Assembly: GCA_964057225.1 (NCBI GenBank)
Contig: OZ059900.1
Location: 6,014,001 to 6,078,000 of the forward strand
Length of the DNA stretch: 64,000 bases
DNA from: Auanema rhodensis
Lineage: Eukaryota > Animalia > Nematoda
Reading direction: 5' to 3'
Shown here: piece after piece, positions 10,824 through 23,200 of the stretch
How positions within the stretch are numbered: the first letter of the stretch is position 1
Layout: the number at the start of each line of letters is the position of its first letter
Translations under genes and position numbers: made by a program
Notes under the pieces: generated by a model
What the model saw: the letters and a program-made list of their open reading frames with translations, nothing else
Database searches by the model: none
Told to the model about the DNA's origin: nothing

Positions 10824-12818
10824 TTATTCTTGTTTGTTCTCCACTTTTCTTTTCGAATTTCTAATTCCAAGCTTTTGTACGAGCATATTAAGCATATAAA
10901 TTGGAAAAACAATGAGTAACAGCCAATAGTAAAGACAGGACCAAAATCTACAAAAGAATGATTACGATATTGATACTTATTTGAAAATAAAGTACATACC
11001 GATGAACATCATGGAAGTTTTTGAGTAAAAACCCTGTGGCTAACATATCAAAGCCTCTAGAACGTAAAGTTAACCAGTAAATCCATCTGAATACCGGATG
11101 GCGATTTCCGTTTTTATCAGCAGGTATGTAACTAAATATAATACCATCCATAGCAAAGCACATAGGAACAATCAAGAATGACCTAGATAAATTATTAAGA
11201 AAATAAAGCTTATTCAACCAAATTACATAAAATATCCAGCATAAGTTCCATGCCATAAAGCAGAAACGAACATGGTTAGCTCAGTTCTGAAAGAGAAATT
11301 GATATCATTATCTAACGTCTACTGAAACTTAAAAACCTATATGCTTTAGAAGTTCTACCATAAACGTAAAGAGCAAGCCAAGTTTGTACTGATTTGTTCC
11401 ATGCACGAACTCCATTTCTATATCCATCACTGAATTCAACCTAAAAAGAAATGAATCAAGCATTTGGAGGTTTTCAAAATTACCTGATAAATATCAAGAT
11501 TATCAATGGCTTTTGTATCAAATTCTTGTGTTTTATCAATCAGGAGCGCTCTGCCAATATTGCATAATCAAAAACAATTTTAAAGTAGAACTTACTCAAT
11601 ATTTTCTGTATCACGTGGCCCAACAACGATAGCTGGTTTGGATCTTGTTGGATAAATACCAATACCCAACGTTACACATATGCTCTCAGAAATCGCCCAA
11701 GCACTTTAATACAGAGCTGTTGAATGAAAATAGTTTCGAAATTACCTATAAACCCGCCCTCTGAATGCTACAAAAACAGCAGCTGCATAAATAAGATGAT
11801 AAAAGAAAGACCATGACAATATAACATCACTTCTTAATCCCTAAATTAATGAATAATGTATTTCCATGCTCAAAAACTCTTAAACCTACATCTAGTGGAA
11901 AGAAGTAGTTCGATAGAACAAACATGGGAACTGACCAAAATAGTCTCTTTAATCTCCAACTGATTTCATTTATCGGGGAAACTTCATTTTTCAGTAAAAT
12001 TGTGAGAGAATCCATATACATTGTGTATGTGTAATATGGTCCTCAAAAAAGTTCTCATTCAGTCTCATCTGAGTTACAAGTATGGAAAGTACCTGTGAAT
12101 AATCCACAGAAATGATACAAGTAGTTGAAAATTTCGAGCATATTAGGCTCGCAAGGAATATAGCGAAGCGGACGAGATTCTTTGTCTGTTTTAGCACCGT
12201 TTTTTATGGCTTTTCTCTTGTCAGATATTTCAAAAGATATTCCTACTGCCTAGAATCAATCAAAATGCACCTTTTCATAATAGTTGAAAGATGAATTTTT
12301 CAAATTTTGACAATGCTTACGCGAAGTGTCATTATAAGTTGAACAACATTTGTATGACTAGCTAGTTCAGCTACGTCAATGTATAAATGAAGTACACGTA
12401 GCAATATTATATAACAAAAAGATCCAACAAAAACAGTTAACGGTAATATTCTGTAAGAATCATTATAATCAGGCCGAACTATACTTCACTTACCTATTAG
12501 GAACAAATTTTATGCATATAATAGTGAATATTGATAGAATTAATGAATAAACTATCTTTTGTCCTGAAAAAAAGTGAAAATTATGAATAAAACCATTGAA
12601 TAATAAGTACCAATCACTATGAAGACTAGAAGAAGGCCAATAAAGCCAACAGTATGTTTTAAAAGAAATTCATTACGCACGACTCGTAATAGCCATGATA
12701 ATCCAAAAGACAGAAACAATATTCCTAGAATAAACAGCAGGTAAACCTATTTATGCCTGAGGACTGGCTAACCTGCGTACATCCAATCATCTCTGGACAG
12801 TAAGCCAGAAATATTCAT
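10824..12818 (-). CDS. mboa-7: MBOAT7 lysophosphatidylinositol acyltransferase, multi-exon
   Basis: MNISGLLSRDDWMYA start; YHFCGLFTGPYYTY; RVYSAWAISESIC; AWNKSVQTWLALYV; SALWHGTYAGYFMSF (catalytic Asn/His region); RGFDMLATGFLLKN. Confidence 0.95.
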
Positions 12819-14460
12819 GGTGAATTATCCAAAATGAATAAATTGAAACATTTGAAATTATTTAAAAAATACATAAAAAAAGAGAAAACACAATTGTATT
12901 GATAGTATGTGAGCAAGATGCTATTTTCTTCTAATCGATCTGCGACAACCACAACCGCGACTGCACAACATGGCAAATGGCATTGAACCAGCGCTATTGT
13001 AGTCAAATTGAAATAATCAATTTGACCACCTCGTCATTGACACTCTCACACAGTGGACACTTTCTTTTGTAATTCAAAAAACGGGCGCTATCAGCCTTGA
13101 CTAGTGGTCAATCTATAAATTCTTTGGAATACAATTTTTCTAATCAATAAATGAACTTCTATATATATAAATGAATATATCATATCAATGTATTTTATCT
13201 TTGAAACTTTGATCGATTTTTTCTTGAAAAATTGATTTTGACACATGTGCACAGCAAAGATTCACAGACTGGCAGTGAAGGAATGCTATATAGCATAGTT
13301 TTTATATTTGAGAAGATTTCAAATAAAGATTAAAGAGATGGCTGATGAAGATGGATTATAATCAATAATCATAGTTACAATATTTACCAAAAAATATATG
13401 TATATATTCTATATTGATGATACTTTCCAATTAAAAATAATTAAACAAATACTTTGATATATAATATTTATATAATTTAATTATTATATACTGTAGTATA
13501 TAATATATTTATATATTCATATATAATATTAGTATTAACAATAAGTAATGTGTCTTTTTTATGAATAAAACTCAGAAAAACATTGTATTTGAAACATTTT
13601 TTATAAAATTTTTGTCATTACATTTGAAATATTAGTATACGGTATTACAATACGAAAGATTATCGACGTTTTGATGTTCACTAATGAATGAAGCTAAACG
13701 AGATATCTACAGGTCATTATAAACTTCAAACTACAAAACAACAAACATCATTTGAGCAGAAGAAGGGTTGGGTAGGAAAAAAACAATCATAGGAAATTAA
13801 AAAAAACAAATTCACTTAGATAGGGTGGAGAAGAGAGAGATATAGAGAGTAGGAGATGAAATAAGGAAGTTTCTAAAAGGGGGAAATATACAAATGAGAA
13901 AACGGGATCCGTAAATTAAAAACATAGACATTTGAAAAAAACCATAAAAATAATAATATTAATAAAATAGTTATTTAACAATGGTTGGGACATTATTCAT
14001 GATTTTTTAAAATACAATAATGGAAATGCATGGCAATTACGAGATCATGAAGATGAAGGAAATGCTATTCAATACAACATAAAAACTTTTTACAATTTTT
14101 TTGTTGGTTAAATAATATCTATAATCTATATATTGACTTTCATATATGATCTGAAAACAGTATAGAAATTTGGAAAACATGTAGAAATCTGATTGATCTT
14201 GATGAGTTGATTTAACAATCAAAGCAGAATGGGCTAAGAGTAACAAAATGTTATACATGTATGAAAAGAAAAAAGAATGGAAGATTGAAAACCAGAGAGA
14301 GAGAGAGAGAGAGAGAAGTAAAACAAGAAAAAGTATAGAAAGAGAGAAATAGAGCGAAAATGAAATTACAAAGAGAAAGAAATATAAGGAAGAGAACAAG
14401 GTGCATCTTATTGGCTGTTAATACTTATAGAAACAAATACGGCTTGAACAACAAAAATTT

Positions 14461-14479
14461 TGACTAGAAACACACTCAT
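14461..14479 (-). promoter_or_regulatory. Putative miR-44/61/247 (miR-279 family) target site in the ETS gene 3'UTR
   Basis: The + strand reads TGACTAGAAACACACTCAT, so the - strand mRNA is complementary to UGACUAGA-seed miRNAs well beyond the seed. Confidence 0.6.
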
Positions 14480-14713
14480 ATAGTTAATATGATTATCAGC
14501 TATTCATAGGTATACGTATATATTTGAAATTTATATACATATATAGATTTTATGTATATGGTAATAGAACATTCTTAAAATCTTCTTATTTCAATACACG
14601 AACATCCATTGTAGCGCTTTTCTTGCTGTCTTTAATTTTTTTTTGATATTTATATAGGAATGCTGCCCGGAAATTATTGTATGTCACATGTTGCAACCAT
14701 CATCTTATAATTT

Positions 14714-17276
14714 TTCTAAAAATATGTTAGCATAAGATTTCATTTATTTTAATATATTATGCTTACACATGTTAGATAGTTCATTCTTGTAGGCGCCGGG
14801 CCCAAACTTGTAAACTAGCTTCTTTGGATAAATTCCAGTTTTGGGTACAGGCACAAGAATTTGCTTTTCATAATACGTTCTGAAAATAAATTAAGATTAA
14901 TTAATTATTTAACAAAGGGTATGTATACCTCATTGCACGTGAAAGCTTTTCATACGTCATCTTATTATTCTTTTTTCGCTCCCCCCACAATCTTGCAAGC
15001 TTTTCGGATTCAACAATTCTGAAAACTCCCTGAATTGGATCTTCCCATCTGAAAAAAAATACAATTTTTATCATTTAAATGCTCAGTTTTGTAGTTCTAC
15101 CTTACGACTGAAGGGCATGTCTCTGGATCAGTTAAAGCATCTTTTATAAATTCCCATAACTTGTTTCCTTTTGTATGTTGAGAACGCTTTCGCGGACGAC
15201 CATCCTTGTTGATCTTTATTGCTCCAGTTTCTTTTTTGATTGATTTAGCTGAAAGTGAATAAATTTTGTATTGAATGAATCAGGGCTATCGTTGATTACC
15301 TTTGTACGATTCGGCGTAAGGATTACGATCAAGGTTATTGGCAGGCAGCTGATTGATTTGAGGTTGTAAATGGGGAGCATTGGGAGTTGAACTACTATTT
15401 GCATTAGATTGTACTCTATTCAAATTATTAACACCGATTCCTAAATTAGTAGATAAGTTAAATGGAAATGGTTCACGAATGTGTGACTCACCTGCTGTGA
15501 AAGCAACTCCTAACTGATGTAAAGCAGCTGATTGTGCTTGATTCATAGACAAGCCAGAATGATTTATGACAGACATGGCATCCATTGCATTTTTATTCAA
15601 AACCGCAGCTACAACAGCTTTAGCGGAATCATGAGCTGAATAAGATAGCTTCTTGTTTTCCACCGATGCAACGCGATCAGCAACTGATGTAGATGGCATA
15701 CATCCTGATGTGGAAGCTTGTAATCCATGTGATTGAAATAGGGAATATGACGAGTCCGTTGAAGTTGTCGGAATACGCTCATCAATACTTTGCATTGGCT
15801 GTACTAATGCTGTTGGTTTCACAGAAGACATGAACGATGATTGCTGCTGGATTACTGATATAGCTAATGGATCAAAAGCAAAGGCAGATGAGTTAATGGA
15901 ATTTCCACTTTCTTCTTCTTCTGAGTTATATTTGCGCATAATATTGTCTATCAAGGAATCTTCTGAAATTTGAATAGTATTCATAATTGTATTGAATTTT
16001 GAGTTTTGTATATTCAGTTTAAAAATTATATTGTACAAACCTGACAACATCTTTTTTAATTCCTTGAAAATGAGTGAGCCATATTGTGGATCACGTTCTA
16101 GGAACTCTTTCTCGCTCATACAGATGAGTTGTTGTCCTGATACTGATGATATCTAAAACAAGTAATTGATCAGAACATTTATCAAGACAGTTTCATACTC
16201 GATGCATGTTCATATCTTCATATGGAATTGCATAACGTTTTGCAATATCAAATAAAAATGAAACAATGTCTTCGACGCGCCATTCACAAGGCTCTTTCAC
16301 TCGAAATCGAACTAAATCAACCCTGAAACATAAGAAATTGTATATAAGCATTTTTATAAACAAGAATCAAAGTTTAATATTCTGCAAAATTGAATAAGTT
16401 GTTGTCATCACATTTCTGCTTGGTTTCGATTACAGGAAAACAAAACATCTGACTTCATTAGTTTTTTTACAAATTGAAAAACATTGTTTCACTAAATCCT
16501 CAAGAGGTTTTGAAATAAAAGTTTTAACGTATTTTTAAAAAAATTTTGCTGATTCGTTGCTCGCATAAAGCTTTTGTTTCCGTTGCAATCAGTAAAAAAG
16601 AGAAAACACAACTTGTTGATCACTTTTGCACTTTTTGGATGTGAGCAAAGAAAAATAAATGTTTTAAGCTTTGCTGTTATATAATCTTACCTGTCATTAT
16701 TTGGTATTGGCTTAAGAGGCGTTGTGAGACTAGATCTCAAAATAGTATTGCCGCCAATTCGGTTAAGAAGTGCTGGCATTGCTGCGAAACCTGGATGTAA
16801 AACAGGCGTTAGGCAAGGAGTTGGGGTGACAGTCGGAGCTACGAAAGTGAATGCTGACGTGTGCGCTGAAGGCAAATTTGCTGTTACCGATTGTGCTAGT
16901 TCAGCAAGTCTATAACAAACTGATATAATATATAGCTTTGTATTATTAATAGATAATGAACTAATTTTCAAAATGTCAACATGACTGAAATTTCGAAAAC
17001 GACAAGTGAAAATGAAAGGCGTAATCTAGAATTAGTGCAGGAGATAGAATGAGAGATTGGGTTTAAATTATTGATTCATTTTGATAGAAAAAAATGTTGA
17101 CAGCATGTTAAAACATTGATCAAAGACCAGGAAGAGCATCTTCAAAACTTTGAAAAGCAAGTAACTTACACTGATGGAAGATCTGGAGACCGTCGTCTAA
17201 GCCAATCCTCTAAGTCTGCTTGACCAAATCCGGCTCTTGGAATCAGAGGTGCTGGACAAGCCAGAGCCGGATTATC
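14714..17276 (-). CDS. ETS transcription factor with PNT/SAM domain (ELF5/EHF-like; resembles C. elegans ets-3/tag-97). First coding exon lies further upstream.
   Basis: ETS domain [69 protein letters not shown]...LVYKFG. PNT domain [14 protein letters not shown]...[25 protein letters not shown]. The stop is either split by intron 14716-14766 or lies at 14744 by read-through. Confidence 0.93.
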
Positions 17277-20200
17277 CTGAAAGCATTATATTTATGATAT
17301 ATACATCTTAGCATCTTCAGCGTATTATATTTTCAAACAAAAAAGTGATAAAAACACATTATATTTATATATATATATATAAATAAAAAAATATATATGT
17401 ACATTATATATGTATAGATTTGTATTTGATTGAGCAAGCACATGAAAAACAACTTTCTATAGCAATAAGAAGTGGAAATGATCAGCTAAAATTGTTTATA
17501 ACTTTATATGTTTCTATCTCAAGTGCTTGCTATATGTAACGTGTTATTCAAAAGATGTGTATTCTGAACATGCATGGATTCTGAATGAGAAACAAATCCA
17601 ATTTTGTTCGTAAATTATTTTGAATTGATTGTTTATGAAAGAAGCAGAAAAAAAAGGGAAAAAAACATTTCTCCAAACCCCTCACAATGGAAGAGAAAAA
17701 ATTTGGATATGTCGATGAATTGACGAAACACAGGTACATTTATAAAAAATGTATTTGCAAGTATTATCCCATGTGAAGCGTACACACAAACAGTCAATAC
17801 CAAATAATACAAATTATCGTGTTATTAGATAGATAATTAGTATTATTTTTTTCAAAATGTTCTGCTAAAATATTGAAGAGCAAAAAAAAAGCATCGACAA
17901 AGCAAAAATTAGAATTTTTTATTTTGGGCATATTATTTATCGTTCTTTTATTCTGTCTGTTCTCAGCTGACTATGTAAATAATTTGTTATTGTGATGGGT
18001 GCCATAATCAGTGTAATAATATATAAATATATATCTATATATATATGGCATATGAAACTGATTTTATGATATTATATGATATCAAATACAAAGGCTATTC
18101 CCTCATTTACAATATATTCCATTACTTAACTTATAATTATGAGCTTATTTTTAGGATTTTCTGATTAAGTCAAGCCGTTTGAATCACACAAAATATGAAA
18201 TGAGAAAAATCAAAAGATTAAAGAAACATCTCATAAAATAATAATTTAACTAACATGCATTATGCATTACCCTCAACTTATTCCAATTTTTTTTTATCAG
18301 AAAAAGGTTTTAAAAGCAGTTTTTGCAACAAATCTCAACTAGTAGTTTGAGTGGTTTTAATGAAATAAAAATATTTTTGTTTCAAAAAGAGAGCAAAAGA
18401 ATAATGAGGTGGAAAATGATTATGGCAAAAAACGAGTAAAAACAGAATGCTAGGCTAGAAAAGAAAGAAACAACAAAAAAAAATAGGGAGCTATAAGCTG
18501 TTTAAGAATATAGGGTTACAGCAGAGCCAGAATGGAAATAAGTAATGTTGCGAATTTTATTTATAAAATTTATATAATATCTAGTGAAACTGAATATTAC
18601 TCGAGGAAGTGGAAGCAGCTGAGAAAAAAGGAAATGAGGAAATAAAACGGAAGTATGACGATAATTCTAGTGTGAGGGAAAAAGTTGGAATTCTCAGAAT
18701 ATGAATTGCAATTCCTCTTCGTCTTGCTAGCCCCATATCATCCCTATTGAACAAAAACCCAGCTGAGATGACTTTGGGTCTTGCTTCTATGGCTGCTTCC
18801 ACGGCTGCTGCTGTCACGCACATTGAACTCTCTGAGCGAGCACGTGGTAAGAGAGTATAACAAAGTAAGAGAGGTAGAGAAGATGGGAGAGGAAGATTGG
18901 AAAGAAGCAGAGTGAAGCCACATGAGCAAAAGAGCTTGGCTCGCCTGCAAATCGATTCACATCGGCTATGCTGAAAGAGAAACGGAAAAAGATAAGGGCA
19001 CATTAAGAGAGAAAAGGGATGTTGAAAAAAAATATAATACAAGAATAATGTAGAAAAAAAGAACAAAAAAAAACAAAAAAAAAATGAGAGAAACGAAGAT
19101 TGAGGCAAAATAGGCGGTAGTCATGTTTTTTCTGAATCTACCTCAAGCTTATGCTATTTCATACTTCATATCTGTTCTATGTTCTCTCAGCATGTTCTGT
19201 TCTCTATTCTATGAAACACGCTCAAGATTTAAACCTACTCGGCTGCTTTTGCGCTCTCTTCATTCTCTATTATCTTTTTTTATTTCAAATCTTTTTTTGT
19301 GCTCCTGCCAGCTGCGGCCGTGAACAGGAAAAGTCACACAACTCTCATAGTTAACTTTTTTCTTCTCTACTATTTTCATCTATTTGAACAAATCTATGCC
19401 CGTCTAACGTTGCTACTATCTGACTATTGTTGACATAATACATCGAGAAAGGTAGAAAAAAGACGCTTTTTTTACTTTGAAATATATTCGCTCAAAACTT
19501 AAAATAATTTTAGAAATATCATAGATTAACTGGTATTGAAACCTAACTGCTCATTGATCCTGTCATATATATTTCTCAGACTTCAATACATGTTTATATC
19601 AGTTATTTCTTTACCTACACACTGTTTCTTATGCTGTTTTGCATCAGCTTTTCATGTCGTGTCATCTTTTTCAAGATAACAGATCTATCTTTTGAAGTTT
19701 GATGTTATGTAGTTCATATGCAAAATGCAATTCAAGCCTTAGTTTCAGAAACAACATGCTATACGTAGAACTATTTTGTTCACAAATTTAAGTATTGAAA
19801 TAAAAGACGATATCAGATACATACAAATTACTAAAAATAAATTTAAATTGGGATGAAAAGATGAGGAAGGAATTTTTTTTTCAAATATAATTGAGCCGTT
19901 TGTAATTTAGCTGTAAAAATACAAAATGTTTCAAAAGAACTGAATACAATGTTGATATCCTCTGTATTGCATACTAGTGCAACTGCAGACACAGGTGTCA
20001 TCAAACAGAACACAAATGCTTCAATTGATTGGCTCTCATTCCAACAGATTATCTAGTGATTTCGATGAAAATATAAGAAAGACAGAGGAATATTTGCGAA
20101 AACAAGAAGAATATATGAATGTAAATGTTTTTTATCAAGATTATTAAATTCATTCTAAGTAGCAAAATAACTTAAAATGAATCATTTTGGAAACGCGAAA

Positions 20201-23200
20201 ACAGAATCGAATGTATAGGATGATAATGGTGATATCATAAGCAGCGAGAAAAATGATAGTTATGGGAATACGCAGAATTCAACGAATAATGATTGATTAT
20301 AGCGTGAAGACACGCATCTGAATTTTATCGAAAAAAATCAAAAGAAGTATAATATCTATAAAAGATAAGAGAGACTAAACAAGGAGAATCAGAGCGAGAG
20401 GTAAGAAGAAATAGTGAGAATATGGCTATGCTGTAATAGAAGACACGCAGTGCGCTTGGGCAAATATTTTATAAAGACTAGTGACGAAAACGGGAGAAAA
20501 TGCATAGGCATACAGTCAACAGTTTCTTTATCGACCCCCCGACTTAGCAAGTGGCGGAGTTAAAAGAATGGAAGAGTGGGCAATATCGAGTAGATGGTGA
20601 GGAAAAGATGGTTAGCGATTGATGCGAGACCAGAGAGGTTTGATCTTTTTGTGTGTATAACTGTGTGGTTGACACAGCTATTGGTTGCGAGTAGAGAGAA
20701 GATGATGAGACAGATGAGTGGTAGAGAGCGACAGAGAGGAGGGCAAACGAGTGAGATCGAATGAATTGAAAGGTGCGACAAGGCGAAGTAGACGTTTTGA
20801 GGTGCAAGAAGATGAAAAGTCTTGATGAGAAAAAGATACTGGAATTGCTAGAGGTGAAGTTAGATTATAGATATAAAGAAATAAGATATGAACAGTAAAA
20901 AGGACAAAGAAATAGGCTGAGAATCGATGGCTTGAATATCGGAAAAGAAAAGTTATAGGGAAAAAAGGCGACGTTTGCTTTCTTACTCTATGCATACAAA
21001 TGCACACGGTTTTAAATTTTGAAAAATCACATCCGTCAGAGACATATACTGAAAATAGGGTCATGTTGTCAAAGTGTTTTGAACTAGCAGAGTTACAGTC
21101 ACTTTTGAAATATGGGAAATGATAACGACATTATAAACTAAACAAGAGGCAAGTCATCAAAGCAAAATAAGGCTCAAAAAATCCAATATATTCAGATGAT
21201 AACAGGATTTTTATGGGTACTTTTAAGACTCTAGAGAGCAATATGTACTAATTGTTTATGTTCAAATACTGCTGGAAAAGTACTAAACGAACTTAGCTAA
21301 AGAACTACTAAACAAAAGTCCTTATGTTATTTTCATGACGAATTCAATAGAGAAAGGAATCATTCAAAGTGTATTTTGAATTAAAACAAAATCAATAATT
21401 TCATAATAGTTTGATATAAGATAAACAAAAATTAGTAATCATCATTTGTAATCAAAATTTAGAAATAAGAGCATCTGAGAATAGAAAAAACGGGAATGCA
21501 GAATTATCAAAATTAATAATCTGCCAACGCTGGTTTATGTTTTTTTGCTGCTGTTGACAATTTCTTTTATTTTATTTCGAAAACTAGAAAAGAATTTAGT
21601 GATTATATGGACTACTAATATGAAATGGCAACAAAAAATCAACGCATATATGATCATTTAAAAGTTTTTATGCGAATACTGAAAAAATAAAAGACAAATA
21701 AATGTAAATAAACAGTATAAAGACTATAACAGATGAAAATTTGCGGTTTCTTGTTTAGTAGTTCAATATTTTCCATGCAATACCGTTTTTGATGGGAAAT
21801 TATAATGGGATACGGGAGAGGTGAAGTAGAAAAACTAATTTATGTCTTTTAGACTGGGGGCATTAAATCATGAATAGCAGAAAATGTGTGACGCAAAATA
21901 TTCAAACGGAATATTCAATAAATGATATTCAGAAATATGTGTGAGAGTGTGTGTTACTGAATTCTGTTCAAAATTGATGGGTGTGGAACAGTTGGAATGT
22001 TGCCGGTAACAAACGAGAGGAAGTTTTACAGGCATCAAACATCGATTGTTTCTAACCTTCCTTTTAGCATTCATACAATCAACCAAGTCTAACAAGATAG
22101 GAACGCGCGTCGCACAACATTGAAAACGAGAAACATGTTCAACCGAAACATATCACTTTTTTTCAAATTTCGAATCATTTCTGTTGCCTACATGTCATTA
22201 TAAAATCGGTTGCTAACAATGTTGGTATTTGTAACAAAAGGATAGAAGCAGATTTGAGAACAGAATATTCCTTACATCCTCAAACTAGTGTACTGAATTA
22301 GCTTTGTTTCGTCAGATTCATCCTCCACGTTCATAGAATATAACTTCAATTGTATCGAATTTCGTATTCAGAGAAACATAAAAAAACTATCATTGTATGA
22401 ATATGAAACAATATCAAAAATCAGAATCAAATTTGAAGTTATTTTCAACTTTTTGATTTGAGAGAACAAAAATAATAATAATTTCAATTTCGTATGTATC
22501 GACGGGGATTTTCGTCATAGATGAAATTTACTTGCTAATTACAACAATATCAAGTCGTCTGAATTTCAAAAAAAAAAAATTATTACTGTGAAAATAATTT
22601 GTTTCCTTTTGTCTATAATTACCAGCTGTCCTACAGCCCAGTAGCAAAAACAATATGAGACGAATTGATACTTGTCAAGTCTCAGTAAATAATTGAAATA
22701 TTAAGAAAGGAATGTTAGAATATTTGTCATATTTCAAATCATTAAGTCTATAAAATATTATCAACGATATTACTGACTTGAACTTTCTCTTGTTTATTCA
22801 TAAAATAGACAATTTGGCCAAAAAAAAACATTCGTTTATAAAACCGTTGAGCAAAAGAGATATAGAAGAAAGTTATAGTGTTTTCTTTTTTTCTTTTGTG
22901 AGACAGTTATCAGGTTTTTTTCTGTCTGTGTAAAAATATGGCACATTATTTTTTACAAAACCCCATGTAAGTCTATCTATCGTCTGTAATCAGGTTTTAT
23001 TTCTTTCTTTTTTGAAGCTTTTATGGCAAAACTTCATTTTCATGTGACATAATGTCTATCAAGAATGATCTTTGTCACTCTGGCTCTTATTCATATTTCT
23101 GCTTCCTTCTTCCTTCATTATCACTCGCTTCCTTGTTCTCATACTTTATCATCGTATATGGCTTTTATGCTCTCATTATTCTTATTTTCCTAAGTTTCCT

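Noticed and set aside
10158-10824. mboa-7/atg-11 operon
   Set aside because: Same strand, but a 665-bp gap with a GC-richer promoter-like block at about 10320-10400. Not decidable without SL2-type data.
14400-14540. miR-279-like sequence as a miRNA gene on the + strand
   Set aside because: Neither flank provides a complementary arm for a pre-miRNA hairpin. A target site on the - strand mRNA fits better.
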